Positions 19,844 to 29,689 of a stretch of 64,000 nucleotides of DNA are shown here, one piece after another. A program made the position numbers and the translations under genes. The first letter of the stretch is position 1. Every line of letters starts with the position of its first letter. The notes beneath the pieces were generated by a model that did no database searches, was not told the origin of the DNA, and saw nothing but the letters and a program-made list of their open reading frames with translations. The stretch spans positions 512,001 through 576,000 of the forward strand of contig CAWCKH010000004.1 in assembly GCA_963796055.1 (NCBI GenBank). Direction: 5' to 3'. Source of the DNA: an uncultured delta proteobacterium. Its GTDB lineage: Bacteria > Myxococcota > Myxococcia > Myxococcales > Myxococcaceae.

Positions 19844-20992
19844 TCAGCTGATCCGGCACTCGGGCTGGGGGGTGCCCGCCCGGGTGATGACGATCTGGTA
19901 CAGCTGCATGAAGCGGGCGCGAAATGCCCCCGCGCACGAGAGCAGGTAGTACCGCCACATCCGCCGGAACCGGTCGCCGTAGCGGGCGCGCAGGTTCGGC
20001 CACGCCTGCTCGAAGTTGTCTGCCCATGCCATCAGGGTCCGGTCGTAGTGCGGACCGATGTTGTGGACGTCCTCGGGCACGAACAGCCCTTCCATCGCCC
20101 CGCTGACCTGCGCCAAAGAGGGGATGGCGGCATTGGGAAAGACGTACCGATGGAACCAGGCGTCGATCAGCAGCTGCCGGGTGTTGCTCCCGATGCTGTG
20201 GATGAAGGCGACGCCCCCGGGCTGGAGGCAGCGGTCGACCGTCTCCATGTAGACCCGGTGGTTCCTGTGGCCGACGTGCTCCATCAGCCCGATCGAGACC
20301 ACGGCGTCGTACCGGCCGCGCGCCACGCGGTAGTCGGCGAGGTGAAGCGTGACCGGAAGACCCCGGCACAGCTCGGTGCCCAGCGCCACCTGCTCCCGCG
20401 ACACGGTGTAGCCGGTCACCTCGACGCCGTACCTCTCCGCGGCGTGGCGGGCGAACGTGCCCCAGCCGCAGCCGAGCTCGAGCAGCTTCATCCCCGGGCA
20501 CAGGCCGAGCTTGTGGCAGACGAGATCCATCTTTGCGCGCTGCGCCTCGCCGAGAGTCCGCGCGTCCTTCCAGTACGCGCAGGTGTAGGCCAGTGTCTCG
20601 CCCAGCATCGCCTGGTAGAGATCATTCCCGATGTCGTAGTGACGCCCGGCCGCCGCGGACGCGCGCACCGCGCTCTGGAGATTCCACACCCGCGCTCTGG
20701 CGGCATCGATCGCGGTGCGCCAGCTGGGCAGAGGTCTCTTCACCCCTGCGAGGATCAGCCTGGCGGTGAGCTGGTCGAGCGCACCGGAGTCCCACTGCCC
20801 ATCCACGTAGGATTCGCCCAGGCCCAGGCGACCGTCGCGCAGGACCCGCAGGTAGAAGCGGCCATCGTGCACCTGGATGTCGTGGGGGCGGGTTCCGCCC
20901 ACCCGAACGTCGGCGGACTCGAGGAGGCTGCGCACCGTCCGCTCGGCGCGCCCGACCAGCATCCGCGGAAGGACCGTCCTCCCAATGGTCAT
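19844..20992 (-). CDS. cfa: Cyclopropane-fatty-acyl-phospholipid synthase-family SAM methyltransferase
   Basis: LGLGESYVDGQWD, HYDIGNDLY, YTCAYW, LELGCGWG, VSIGLMEHVG and RMWRYYLLSCAGAF. Confidence 0.9.
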   Translation of the reverse strand: MTIGRTVLPRMLVGRAERTVRSLLESADVRVGGTRPHDIQVHDGRFYLRVLRDGRLGLGESYVDGQWDSGALDQLTARLILAGVKRPLPSWRTAIDAARARVWNLQSAVRASAAAGRHYDIGNDLYQAMLGETLAYTCAYWKDARTLGEAQRAKMDLVCHKLGLCPGMKLLELGCGWGTFARHAAERYGVEVTGYTVSREQVALGTELCRGLPVTLHLADYRVARGRYDAVVSIGLMEHVGHRNHRVYMETVDRCLQPGGVAFIHSIGSNTRQLLIDAWFHRYVFPNAAIPSLAQVSGAMEGLFVPEDVHNIGPHYDRTLMAWADNFEQAWPNLRARYGDRFRRMWRYYLLSCAGAFRARFMQLYQIVITRAGTPQPECRIS

Positions 20993-22149
20993 GCGTTCGC
21001 CTCCCGCGTCTCACCGGACCGCAGAACCCTGCGCAGCAGAAGGCCGCCAGGAAGGGGACGACCGCTGAACATCCAGGCGAATGCCCGCGCCGTCGCGGAC
21101 CGCGCCAGCCGGCCGGGCGCGCGCGCCGGAGCATCGGACCGGCGGCGCAAGGCGATGCACGCGCGGAGGAGGTCGCGGGTGAGCGCGTAGTCGCGGAACG
21201 TCGGGTGTCGTGCGAGGAGGGCGCGGTACGCCAGCGGCGCGCCGTCGAGGATCGCCTCGGCGCAGGCGCTGCCCGACAGCACCGCCGGGAGGATCCCCTC
21301 GGCGGTCAGCGGATGGGCCAGCCCGAGCGCGTCACCCACCAGGAAAGCGCCGTCGCGGTGGCACCGATCGAGGTGCGCCGGATCGAACAGGTAGTAGGAG
21401 TGTCCCTCCACGTGCTCGAGGGAAGTCTGAGCGCCCGCTGGAAGGTGGCCGCTGTGGAGGAACGAGTCCCGCGCCGTCGCCCATGCCGATCGCACGCGCC
21501 TGGCGGCCGCGGTGCCGGTTCCGACGTTCAGCCACCCGCCCTTGGGCACGTTCCACGAGTAGCCGCCCAGGTCATCGTGGAGGAGGAGCTCCGGCTCGCC
21601 GTCGGCCCCGACGCGGGTCGCGGCGATCTCCGCGGGGTCGGCCTCGAACTCGCGCTCCTGCACGGCGACCGGGTTGCCGGGCCTGGCGGGGAACAGCGTG
21701 CGCGCGACGGGGCAGTGCGTGCCGCCGGCGCCCACCAGCCAGCGCGCAGCGAACGCGCGATCGACGATCCACGACCCATCCGCGCGCTCCAGCGTCGCCA
21801 CCGGGTGGCCGTCGATCACCGTGGCCCCGCTGCGCCGGAGGAGGAAGTGGTCGAACTCCCACCGGCGGATGAAATCGCCGCGGGCGGCGATGCTGTGCCG
21901 CTCCCCCCGGTACTCGACGTGGCAGCGCCGCCAGGGCCAGAGCCCGCCGGTGTACTCGCGGCGGGAAAGCTCCAGCACCTCCCATACCGGCGGACTGACC
22001 CACCCGGCGCACAGCTTTACCCGGGGGAACCGCCGCCGGTCGATGACGGCCACCCGTAGCCCACCGCGCACCAGCACCCGTGCACACGCGCTCCCGGCTG
22101 GACCGCCGCCGACGATGAGCGCGTCGAACCGGGTGGGGCTGGGCGTCAC
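20989..22149 (-). CDS. Geranylgeranyl-reductase-family FAD oxidoreductase
   Basis: IVGGGPAGS, FPRVKLCAG, GYSWNVPKG and LVGDALGLAHPLTAEGI; stop overlaps the cfa start (ATGA). Confidence 0.88.
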   Translation of the reverse strand: MTPSPTRFDALIVGGGPAGSACARVLVRGGLRVAVIDRRRFPRVKLCAGWVSPPVWEVLELSRREYTGGLWPWRRCHVEYRGERHSIAARGDFIRRWEFDHFLLRRSGATVIDGHPVATLERADGSWIVDRAFAARWLVGAGGTHCPVARTLFPARPGNPVAVQEREFEADPAEIAATRVGADGEPELLLHDDLGGYSWNVPKGGWLNVGTGTAAARRVRSAWATARDSFLHSGHLPAGAQTSLEHVEGHSYYLFDPAHLDRCHRDGAFLVGDALGLAHPLTAEGILPAVLSGSACAEAILDGAPLAYRALLARHPTFRDYALTRDLLRACIALRRRSDAPARAPGRLARSATARAFAWMFSGRPLPGGLLLRRVLRSGETREANA

Positions 22150-22278
22150 GCGAGCCCCTCACATAGTGGGCGCGACCGTGCGGCGCATCGGATCAGTTGA
22201 GGTCCACGGCGAACAATCTGCGCAACGTGCTCGGCTTCCCGGTTCGTCGATCCGGATGAGCGAAGGGAGTAACGCCCG

Positions 22279-23145
22279 TTGACCCATCGCCGTGGCTGGC
22301 CCGGCCCGGAACGCCTTCCCTATTTTCGTTCCGTACCAATGTACCTGTGTCACGCGATCGCGATCGTGGGACCATTCCTGGTTCGGTTCTCGTGGACCTA
22401 CGTCGGCCTGGCGCTGGCGCTCTATCTCGGGCGAATGGTCGCGCTCTCCGGCGGCTACCACCGCTACTTCGCCCACCGGAGCTACCGGACCAGCCGTGCC
22501 TTCCAGCTGGTCCTCGCCTTCCTCGGCGGCACCTGTGCCCAGCGAGGACCGCTCTGGTGGGCTGCGAACCATCGACACCACCACCGCCACTCCGATCGGT
22601 CCACCGACATTCATTCGCCACGCGAGCACGGACTGTTCTGGAGCCATCTGGGGTGGGTGATCTCCAAGCGTTTCGAGGAGACTCAGCTCGACCACATCCC
22701 GGACTTCGCCCGGTTCCCCGAGCTCCGGTGGCTCGACCGCCACCACTTCGTCCCGTCCTGGGCCCTGCTGGGAACGCTGTTCCTGCTCGGCGGAGCGCCG
22801 GCCGCGATCTGGGGCTCGTTCGTCTCCACCGTCCTCCTCTGGCACTGCACCTTCACCATCAACTCGCTGGCGCATGCCTTCGGCTCCCGGCGCTACCGGA
22901 CGGAGGACGAGTCGCGGAACAACCCCTGGCTGGCGCTGCTCACCCTCGGTGAGGGCTGGCACAACAACCACCACCACTTCCCGGGGTCGGCCACCCTGGG
23001 GTTCTTCTGGTGGGAGGTGGACCCGACCTACTGGGTACTCAGGTGCCTCGCTGCCGTCGGTCTGATCTGGGACCTGCGCGAGCCCTCCGCGGCGATCCGG
23101 ACTTCCGGGCTCCGGCTGGCCCCGCGCGCAGAAGGGCGGCGATGA
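22279..23145 (+). CDS. Delta-9-type acyl-lipid/acyl-CoA desaturase
   Basis: Three His boxes (HRYFAH, HRHHH, GEGWHNNHH) plus INSLAH and WWEVDPTYW; TTG start after AAGGGAG. Confidence 0.93.
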   Translation: MTHRRGWPGPERLPYFRSVPMYLCHAIAIVGPFLVRFSWTYVGLALALYLGRMVALSGGYHRYFAHRSYRTSRAFQLVLAFLGGTCAQRGPLWWAANHRHHHRHSDRSTDIHSPREHGLFWSHLGWVISKRFEETQLDHIPDFARFPELRWLDRHHFVPSWALLGTLFLLGGAPAAIWGSFVSTVLLWHCTFTINSLAHAFGSRRYRTEDESRNNPWLALLTLGEGWHNNHHHFPGSATLGFFWWEVDPTYWVLRCLAAVGLIWDLREPSAAIRTSGLRLAPRAEGRR

Positions 23146-24581
23146 GCACGGTGCAGCGCTCCTCACGCCCGCGGCTGGACTGGCTGTACGGCGCGGCGCT
23201 GGAGGCACGCGACGACGTCCTGGGCTTCTACCGGCGTTGCGAGCAGCGGGCAGGACTGGTCAAGACGCACATCTGGGGTCTCCCGATCTGCGTGGTCACC
23301 GATCCCCAGCTCATCGAGGAGGTCCTGGTTCGCAAGCAGCGCTGCTTCATCAAGTCGGCGGGGCTGCGCTCGACACGGTTCGCCTTCGGCGAGGGGCTCC
23401 TCACCTCCGACCGGGAGCTCTGGTTGCACCAGCGCCGGACCGTGCAGGGCGCCTTCCATGCCCGCCAGCTGGCGCGGTACGGGCGGCTGATGTCCGAGGC
23501 GTGCGGACGGCTGCTGCGCACGTTCCGCGACGGGGAGACCCGGAACGTCCACCAGGACATGACCGACCTGTGCTTCGAGGTGCTGGCCCGGTCGCTCTTC
23601 GGCGAGGAGCTCCCCGAAGCCCGTGCTCTGGTGGCCGCCACCGCGGAGGCCCTCCATGCCTTCCATCACCTCCACGCGCAGTGGATCGGCGCCGCGGGAG
23701 GCCTGGCCTTCGCGGGTGTCCGTGCGGTGGCCACCGCCCTGGGACGTCCCGACTTCGTGGTGGATCCCACCCTGCTGCCCACGCCCTATGCCCGGCGCTT
23801 TCGCCACGCGGTCCGGGAGCTCGATCGCTTCGTCGCCGAGCTGGTGGTGCGCCGGCGACGCGAGCCGCCCGGCGAGGATTTCCTCTCACTGCTCCTCGGC
23901 GCAACCGACGCCTCGGGCGCGCCGCTGGGGGATCGCCAGATCCGGGACGAGATCGTCACCATGTTCCTCGCCGGACACGAGACCGCCGCCAGCGGGCTGA
24001 GCTGGACGCTCTACCTGCTGGCGCGGCACCCGCAGGTTGCAGAGTCCCTGGCGCTTCAGCTCGACGAGGGCCGAGGCGACCAGCTTCTCGAGCAGGTCAT
24101 GCGCGAGGGCCTCCGCCTCTATCCACCGGCGTACCGGATCAGCCGCACCACGGTCCGCTCCTGCGAGATCGGCGGTCACCCGGTGGAAACCGGGGCGGAG
24201 ATCATGATTCCCCAGTGGGCCGTGCAGCGGTCCGCGCGGCACTACCGGGACCCGGACGAGTTCCAGCCGGAGCGCTGGACCGGGCAATTCCTCACGCAGC
24301 TCCCCCGCTTCGCCTATTTCCCCTTCGGGGGCGGACCTCGGACCTGCATCGGGAGCGCCTTCTCTCAGGTCGAGGCCTCCATCGTCATCGGCGAGCTCTC
24401 CCCGCGCTTCCAGCTCCGGGTTCCTCCCGGTGGCGCCCCCAGGCCGTACCTCGGAGTGACGCTCCTTCCCGAGGGGAACTCGCTTCGCCTCCAGGTCCTC
24501 CGCCGGGAGACCCGGGCCGTCCGGACGCGCCTGCCGACGGCTCCCGTCGGACGCTGTCCCTTCCCTCACCCCGGGTCGTGA
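23142..24581 (+). CDS. Cytochrome P450
   Basis: I-helix AGHETAA, ExxR (EGLR), PERW and haem ligand FGGGPRTCIG; ATGA overlap with the desaturase. Confidence 0.95.
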   Translation: MSTVQRSSRPRLDWLYGAALEARDDVLGFYRRCEQRAGLVKTHIWGLPICVVTDPQLIEEVLVRKQRCFIKSAGLRSTRFAFGEGLLTSDRELWLHQRRTVQGAFHARQLARYGRLMSEACGRLLRTFRDGETRNVHQDMTDLCFEVLARSLFGEELPEARALVAATAEALHAFHHLHAQWIGAAGGLAFAGVRAVATALGRPDFVVDPTLLPTPYARRFRHAVRELDRFVAELVVRRRREPPGEDFLSLLLGATDASGAPLGDRQIRDEIVTMFLAGHETAASGLSWTLYLLARHPQVAESLALQLDEGRGDQLLEQVMREGLRLYPPAYRISRTTVRSCEIGGHPVETGAEIMIPQWAVQRSARHYRDPDEFQPERWTGQFLTQLPRFAYFPFGGGPRTCIGSAFSQVEASIVIGELSPRFQLRVPPGGAPRPYLGVTLLPEGNSLRLQVLRRETRAVRTRLPTAPVGRCPFPHPGS

Positions 24582-24754
24582 GACGCATCCCACCCTCGGG
24601 TACAGATGGACACCGACGCGCGGACCGTCCGGTACTGGATGCGGGGTAGTTCGGCGACGTTCGCTGGAGGAGCGGCCCGGAGCGCTCCCTGCGAGAGACG
24701 GGGCGCCGGCTGCAAGAACCGCATCCCGTCGCGGTGGGCGCTAGCGTCGATGGG

Positions 24755-25750
24755 GTGACCCGCTCAGGCGCCGCGCTCGCCGTCGCCGCAGCAATCGTCC
24801 TCGCCGGCTGCAGTGGGTCCGAGCCCGGAGGACCCGGTGGCGACGCGGGGACCGTCCAGCGCCCGCCGCCGAGCGCAGGTCATGACCTGGTCTACGACGA
24901 CGCGCTCCGCCTCGTTCTCCTGGTCAATGCTGGCCTGGGGGGCGCGAGCTCCTCGCCCTCGTCCACCCCCACCCAGCTGTGGGGATGGAACGGGACCCGC
25001 TGGAGCCTGCTCGACGACGCGGGCCCCCCGGTGCGCAACCTCGGCGGCGTGGCCTACGACGTGGGGCGCGACGTGCTGGTTCTCCACGGCGGCAGCTACA
25101 GCGCCCAGCTCTCGTACGGCGATACATGGGAATGGAGGTCGGACGCCGGCTGGCGGCGGATCGACGTCCCGGGACCCGGCATTCGCGACCACACCCAGAT
25201 GGCGTACGACCCGCTCCGGGGCCAGGTGGTGCTCTTCGGCGGCCAGCAGGATCCGACCGCCTTTCCGTCCGACACCTGGACCTGGGACGGAGGCCAGTGG
25301 GACTCGGTGAGCGGTCCGTCGCCAGGGGGCCGCGTCCACCATGCGATGCAGTACGATCCCGGAGCCCAGCGGATCATCGCCTTCGGCGGCTTCCAGCCAC
25401 CCTCGGACCGCGGCGACACCTGGGCCTGGGACGGTGGGACCTGGGTCGAGCTTCCTCCCCAGGCCGCGCCGCGGACGCACGGGCGAATGGCGTTCGACGA
25501 GGGTCGCGGCGGCCTGGTGTTCGTCGGTGGGCTGAACGCGACGGACGGAGTCTTGCTCCGGCAGAACGGGAGCTGGAGCCCCCTCGGCGTCGCGGGCGCA
25601 CCTGGGACCCGCTACCTGCCCGGCGTGGCCTACGACCGGGGCCGGGGAGTGCTGGTGGTCTTCGGCGGGGGCGACCCGGTCACCAACCAGCTCTTCGGCG
25701 ACACCTGGGAGCTGGACGGAGCGGCCTGGCACCGCAGAGACGGGCCCTGA
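24755..25750 (+). CDS. Kelch-repeat lipoprotein
   Basis: Lipobox VLAGC; about six repeats of YD..R..VLFGG...DTW.WDG. The start may instead be 24734. Confidence 0.8.
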   Translation: MTRSGAALAVAAAIVLAGCSGSEPGGPGGDAGTVQRPPPSAGHDLVYDDALRLVLLVNAGLGGASSSPSSTPTQLWGWNGTRWSLLDDAGPPVRNLGGVAYDVGRDVLVLHGGSYSAQLSYGDTWEWRSDAGWRRIDVPGPGIRDHTQMAYDPLRGQVVLFGGQQDPTAFPSDTWTWDGGQWDSVSGPSPGGRVHHAMQYDPGAQRIIAFGGFQPPSDRGDTWAWDGGTWVELPPQAAPRTHGRMAFDEGRGGLVFVGGLNATDGVLLRQNGSWSPLGVAGAPGTRYLPGVAYDRGRGVLVVFGGGDPVTNQLFGDTWELDGAAWHRRDGP

Positions 25751-25753
25751 GCG

Positions 25754-27166
25754 CTAGCGCCTCGACCACCAGGCGTAGGCGGGCAAACCGCTGGCGATCA
25801 GCAGCAGCCCGAGCACCGACCGGAGCGGGGTCTGGATCAGGGTGACCGCCACCAGGCCCAGGCAACCCAGGATGAACGCTCCGGTCGTCCAGGGATGGCC
25901 CCACGTCCGGACCGGCCGGGGAGCGTCGGGCAGTTTTCTGCGAAGCACGAAGACCGCCGCGGCGGTGGCGGCGTGGAAGAGCACGCTGGCGAAGACCACC
26001 GCGGTGTAGAGCTCGCTGTACGTTCCGGAGAGGGCGAGCGCCATCGCCCAGGCACCCTGCGCCAGCAGACTCGTCCCGGGCGTGCGATGGCGGGGGTCGA
26101 TCCGGGCCAGCGAGCGGAAGAACACCCCGTCCTGCGCCATGGGAAGGTAGATCCGCGCGCAGCAGAGCACGTTGGCTGCGAGGCAGCCGAACATCGAGAG
26201 GAGGATCACCACCGAGACGGCGCGGGCTGCGTCGGGACCGAGCAGCGCGGCGGCCGCCGCTTCCCCGACCCGCTCCGACCGGGCGAGCTCCGCGGGCCCC
26301 AGAGCCCGGAGGTAGATCCAGTTGATGGCCAGGTAGAGGGCGGCGACCACCGCCACTCCGCCGATCAGCCCCCGGGGAAGGCTTCGTTCCGGCTGTCGCA
26401 TCTCGCCCGCGGAGAAGGTGAGGACGTACCAGCCGTCGTACGTCCAGAGCACGGCCACCATGCCCAGCCCCAGCCCGGCGATCAGCCCCTGGGCGGGGAG
26501 CGGCGCCGACCACGCGGGAGCAGCCGCCGGGGGAACGAGGAGGCCGATCACCACCAGGAGGACCAGAGCGGCGATCTTGAGCGCGGTGGCCGCGTTCTGG
26601 ACCAGCGCTCCCTCCCGAACCCCGAGCCAGTTCACTGCGGTGAGGAAGACGATCGCCAGGGCGCCGGCGAGCTGTGGCCCCCGCACCGTCCAGTGCAGGC
26701 CGCCGAGACCCAGCGAGAGCAGCTCGGTGTCCCCGGAGAACGCGGGAACGAACGCCCCGAGGTACTCGCCGAACCCCACCCCGATCGCGGCGATGGCGGC
26801 ACTCATGATGACCAGGAACGACGTCCAGCCGAACAGGAACCCCCACACCCGGCCGTACGCTTCCTTGAGGAAGTGGTACTGGCCGCCGGCCCGGGGGAAC
26901 ATCGCGCCCAGCTCGGAGTAGGCCAGCGCCCCGGCCATCGCGTAGAGCCCGCCCACCACCCAGAGCAGCAGGATCAGCCCCGGCTGCGGAAGGCCGCGGG
27001 CGATGTCCCCGGTGGTGAGGAAGATGCCGCTCCCCACCGTCGCCCCGACGGTGATCAGCGCCCCGTCCCAGCTGCCCAGCGTGCGAACCAGCGTGGGCTG
27101 TCGCCCGGCGGCCTCCTCGTCCAGGGCGGGGCGGCCAGTGGCGGTCACGCCGGCGCATCCTGCCAC
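25754..27166 (-). CDS. APC-superfamily amino-acid permease
   Basis: VGSGIF, ELGAMFPRAGGQY, WTYDGW and about 12 TM segments. Confidence 0.92.
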   Translation of the reverse strand: MAGCAGVTATGRPALDEEAAGRQPTLVRTLGSWDGALITVGATVGSGIFLTTGDIARGLPQPGLILLLWVVGGLYAMAGALAYSELGAMFPRAGGQYHFLKEAYGRVWGFLFGWTSFLVIMSAAIAAIGVGFGEYLGAFVPAFSGDTELLSLGLGGLHWTVRGPQLAGALAIVFLTAVNWLGVREGALVQNAATALKIAALVLLVVIGLLVPPAAAPAWSAPLPAQGLIAGLGLGMVAVLWTYDGWYVLTFSAGEMRQPERSLPRGLIGGVAVVAALYLAINWIYLRALGPAELARSERVGEAAAAALLGPDAARAVSVVILLSMFGCLAANVLCCARIYLPMAQDGVFFRSLARIDPRHRTPGTSLLAQGAWAMALALSGTYSELYTAVVFASVLFHAATAAAVFVLRRKLPDAPRPVRTWGHPWTTGAFILGCLGLVAVTLIQTPLRSVLGLLLIASGLPAYAWWSRR

Positions 27167-27227
27167 ACACGTTCGGGGCGCTGGGCGGTTTGAGGCGGGG
27201 CTCCGCCCGGGCTAAGCCTCCTGTCCC

Positions 27228-28349
27228 GTGGACCCATCCTTGCGGGAGCTCCTCGCCGCCTTCGACTCCGGCGTTCCCCTGGAGCGGGCGCGCTCCATCC
27301 CCTCCACTTGGTACCGCGACCAACGCGTGGAAGCGCTCGAGCGGGAGCGCGTGTTCGGTGACAGCTGGCAGCTGGTGGCCCGGTCCGATCAGCTCGCCGC
27401 TCCGGGCGACTTCGTCACCGCGGAGGTGGCGGGCGAGCCGTTGCTCGTGCTCCGTGACGACGCGGGCGAGCTCCGCGCCTTCTTCAACGTCTGCCGGCAT
27501 CGCGCGGCGTGCGTGATGACCGAGCCGCAGGGTCAGGCGCGGCGGCTTCGCTGCCGCTACCACGGATGGACCTACGACCTCCGGGGCCAGCTCCGGGGCG
27601 CACCGGAGTTCGACGGAGTCGAGGAGTTCCGCCGCGAGGAGCAGGGCCTGGTTCCGGTGGCGGTCGACCGCTGGGGACCGCTGATCTTCGTGCATCTGGG
27701 GGCCACTCCCCCGTCCCTCGGGCGCTGGCTCGACCCGCTCCCCGGCCGGTTCGGTGCGCTCGACGGCCTCCGCTTCTTCCAGCGGAAGGAATACACCCTG
27801 GCCTGCAACTGGAAGGTCTTCGTCGACAACTACCTCGACGGCGGCTACCACGTGAACTCGGTGCACCCGGCCCTGGGCAGCGTCCTCCAGTACTCGGAGT
27901 ACCGGACCGAGGTCTTCGCCGCGGCGAGCCTGCAGTCGAGCCCGATCCGCGCCGCGAGCTCGGGTCCGGTCGATGCGTCGGCCTCGGCCACCCGGAAGGG
28001 CGATGTCGCCCTCTACGGCTGGGCGTTCCCCAACGTGATGATCAACCTCTACGCCGGGGTGATGGACACCAACGCGGTGTTCCCGCTCGGCCGGGATCGA
28101 TGCCGGGTGGTGATCGACTTCTACTTCGCGGAGCTGGACGGCGAGGAGGCGCGGGCGTTCGCGGAGCGGAGCGTGGAGCTGGGACACCGGATCCAGCTCG
28201 AGGACGTGGGGATCTGCGAGGACGTGCAGCGCGGGCTGGCCAGCCGCTCGTACTCCACCGGGCGCTTCAGCGTCCGCCGGGAGGTTGGCGTTCACCACTT
28301 CCACCGGCTCCTCGCCGCGCGGCTCCAGGCCTCGACCGAGAGTCGCTGA
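27228..28349 (+). CDS. Rieske non-haem iron oxygenase alpha subunit (choline-monooxygenase-like)
   Basis: Rieske motif CRHR...CRYHGW, mononuclear-Fe motif NWKVFVDNYLDGGYHVNSVH and EDVGICEDVQRGL. Confidence 0.9.
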   Translation: MDPSLRELLAAFDSGVPLERARSIPSTWYRDQRVEALERERVFGDSWQLVARSDQLAAPGDFVTAEVAGEPLLVLRDDAGELRAFFNVCRHRAACVMTEPQGQARRLRCRYHGWTYDLRGQLRGAPEFDGVEEFRREEQGLVPVAVDRWGPLIFVHLGATPPSLGRWLDPLPGRFGALDGLRFFQRKEYTLACNWKVFVDNYLDGGYHVNSVHPALGSVLQYSEYRTEVFAAASLQSSPIRAASSGPVDASASATRKGDVALYGWAFPNVMINLYAGVMDTNAVFPLGRDRCRVVIDFYFAELDGEEARAFAERSVELGHRIQLEDVGICEDVQRGLASRSYSTGRFSVRREVGVHHFHRLLAARLQASTESR

Positions 28350-28824
28350 GCCCCGCCGAGATCAGGGCGACGGCCCGGCGCTCCGCCGCCAGGGGACAGG
28401 GTGAGGACGCACCGCGCACCGATCGTTGCGTGACGAATGGGGCATGCCCTTCCCATCGCATGCCTGCAGCGCAGTGCATGAATCCCCGAGGATAGTTTTG
28501 CCGGCGAGTAGCTGCGCTGCTTCCGAGTCCCGCCCGCGTGGGGCGCGACGGAACAGGACGCGCCCTCTCGATCGGACGACGTCGTGCTCGGCGTACGCGC
28601 TCGTGAATCCCGGCGCTTCTGATTGCCGCCGCATCGGTCAGCGTCGGCAGCACCCACACGAACGCACGGGCACAGTGGCTCAGATCACGGCGAGTCCCGC
28701 GCTCGCGATCGATCGCTGCCCGCAACGCGAGATCGAGCGCCGTGTCTCCCGCCAGAAGACACGGACGCAATCAAGCGCCGTTCACAAGGAAAGCAATCAG
28801 CACATGTTCAGAGCAGTCGCGGAA

Positions 28825-29664
28825 ATGAATGTACGTCGGACTCTGGTTTCCCTCGCATCGGTCGTTGCCCTCGCCGCGATCGGATGCGGAGGCGCGAGCG
28901 GTGGCGGCCCCGACAACGGCGGCAACCCGCCCCCGCCCCCGCCCACCAGCAATCTCTCGCTCGCCTCGAACGCGAGCCTCGGCAACTACCTGGTCTCGGC
29001 AAACGGGCGCACGCTGTACTACTTCGCCCTCGATCTTCCGGCGGCCGGTGGGCAGGCGGCGGTCTCCAACTGCACCGGAGGCTGCCTGCCGATCTGGCCG
29101 ATCTTCCACGTCGACGCGCCGGTGGTGGGCGCCGGCCTGGACGCGGCCGATTTCGCGGAGCTCGCCCGCCCCGACGGCGCCAAGCAGACCACCTACAAGG
29201 GCTGGCCCCTCTACTACTTCGCCGGGGATACCAAGGCCGGTGACACCAGCGGCGACAACCTCGGTGACCCCCGTCCGACCGATCTCTGGTTCGTGATCAA
29301 GGCGCCGTTCTACTCGGCGCTGGTCATGACCAAGAACGGCGGCCCAGCGTCCTACCTGGCCGACCCGGCGGGCCGGACAATCTACTTCGATTCGCGGGAC
29401 ACCGTGACCGCGGGCTCGGACCCGGCGCCGACCTGCACCAGCGCATGCCTGAACAACTGGCCGGTCTTCGCCGCGGCTGCCGGCTCGCTCCCCACCGGGA
29501 TCGACCCCGCCAAGCTGACGACCTTCACCCGCGCGGACGGAACCAAGCAGTCGGCCTTCGACGGTCACCCGCTCTACTACTTCGTCGGCGACGCCGCTCC
29601 TGGTGACACCAAGGGTCTCGACATCGTCGCCCCCTTCAAGGCCGTCGACCCGACGGTCCTCTAG
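28825..29664 (+). CDS. Secreted lipoprotein with tandem Yx(FWY)xxD repeats (COG4315-like)
   Basis: Lipobox AAIGC and a Pro/Gly linker, then two copies of GRT(L/I)Y.F..D...C...C...WP...R.DG.KQ....G.PLYYF.GD. Alternative ATG at 28804. Confidence 0.85.
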   Translation: MNVRRTLVSLASVVALAAIGCGGASGGGPDNGGNPPPPPPTSNLSLASNASLGNYLVSANGRTLYYFALDLPAAGGQAAVSNCTGGCLPIWPIFHVDAPVVGAGLDAADFAELARPDGAKQTTYKGWPLYYFAGDTKAGDTSGDNLGDPRPTDLWFVIKAPFYSALVMTKNGGPASYLADPAGRTIYFDSRDTVTAGSDPAPTCTSACLNNWPVFAAAAGSLPTGIDPAKLTTFTRADGTKQSAFDGHPLYYFVGDAAPGDTKGLDIVAPFKAVDPTVL

Positions 29665-29689
29665 CCGCCGCACGTCCGGGAGAACGCCC

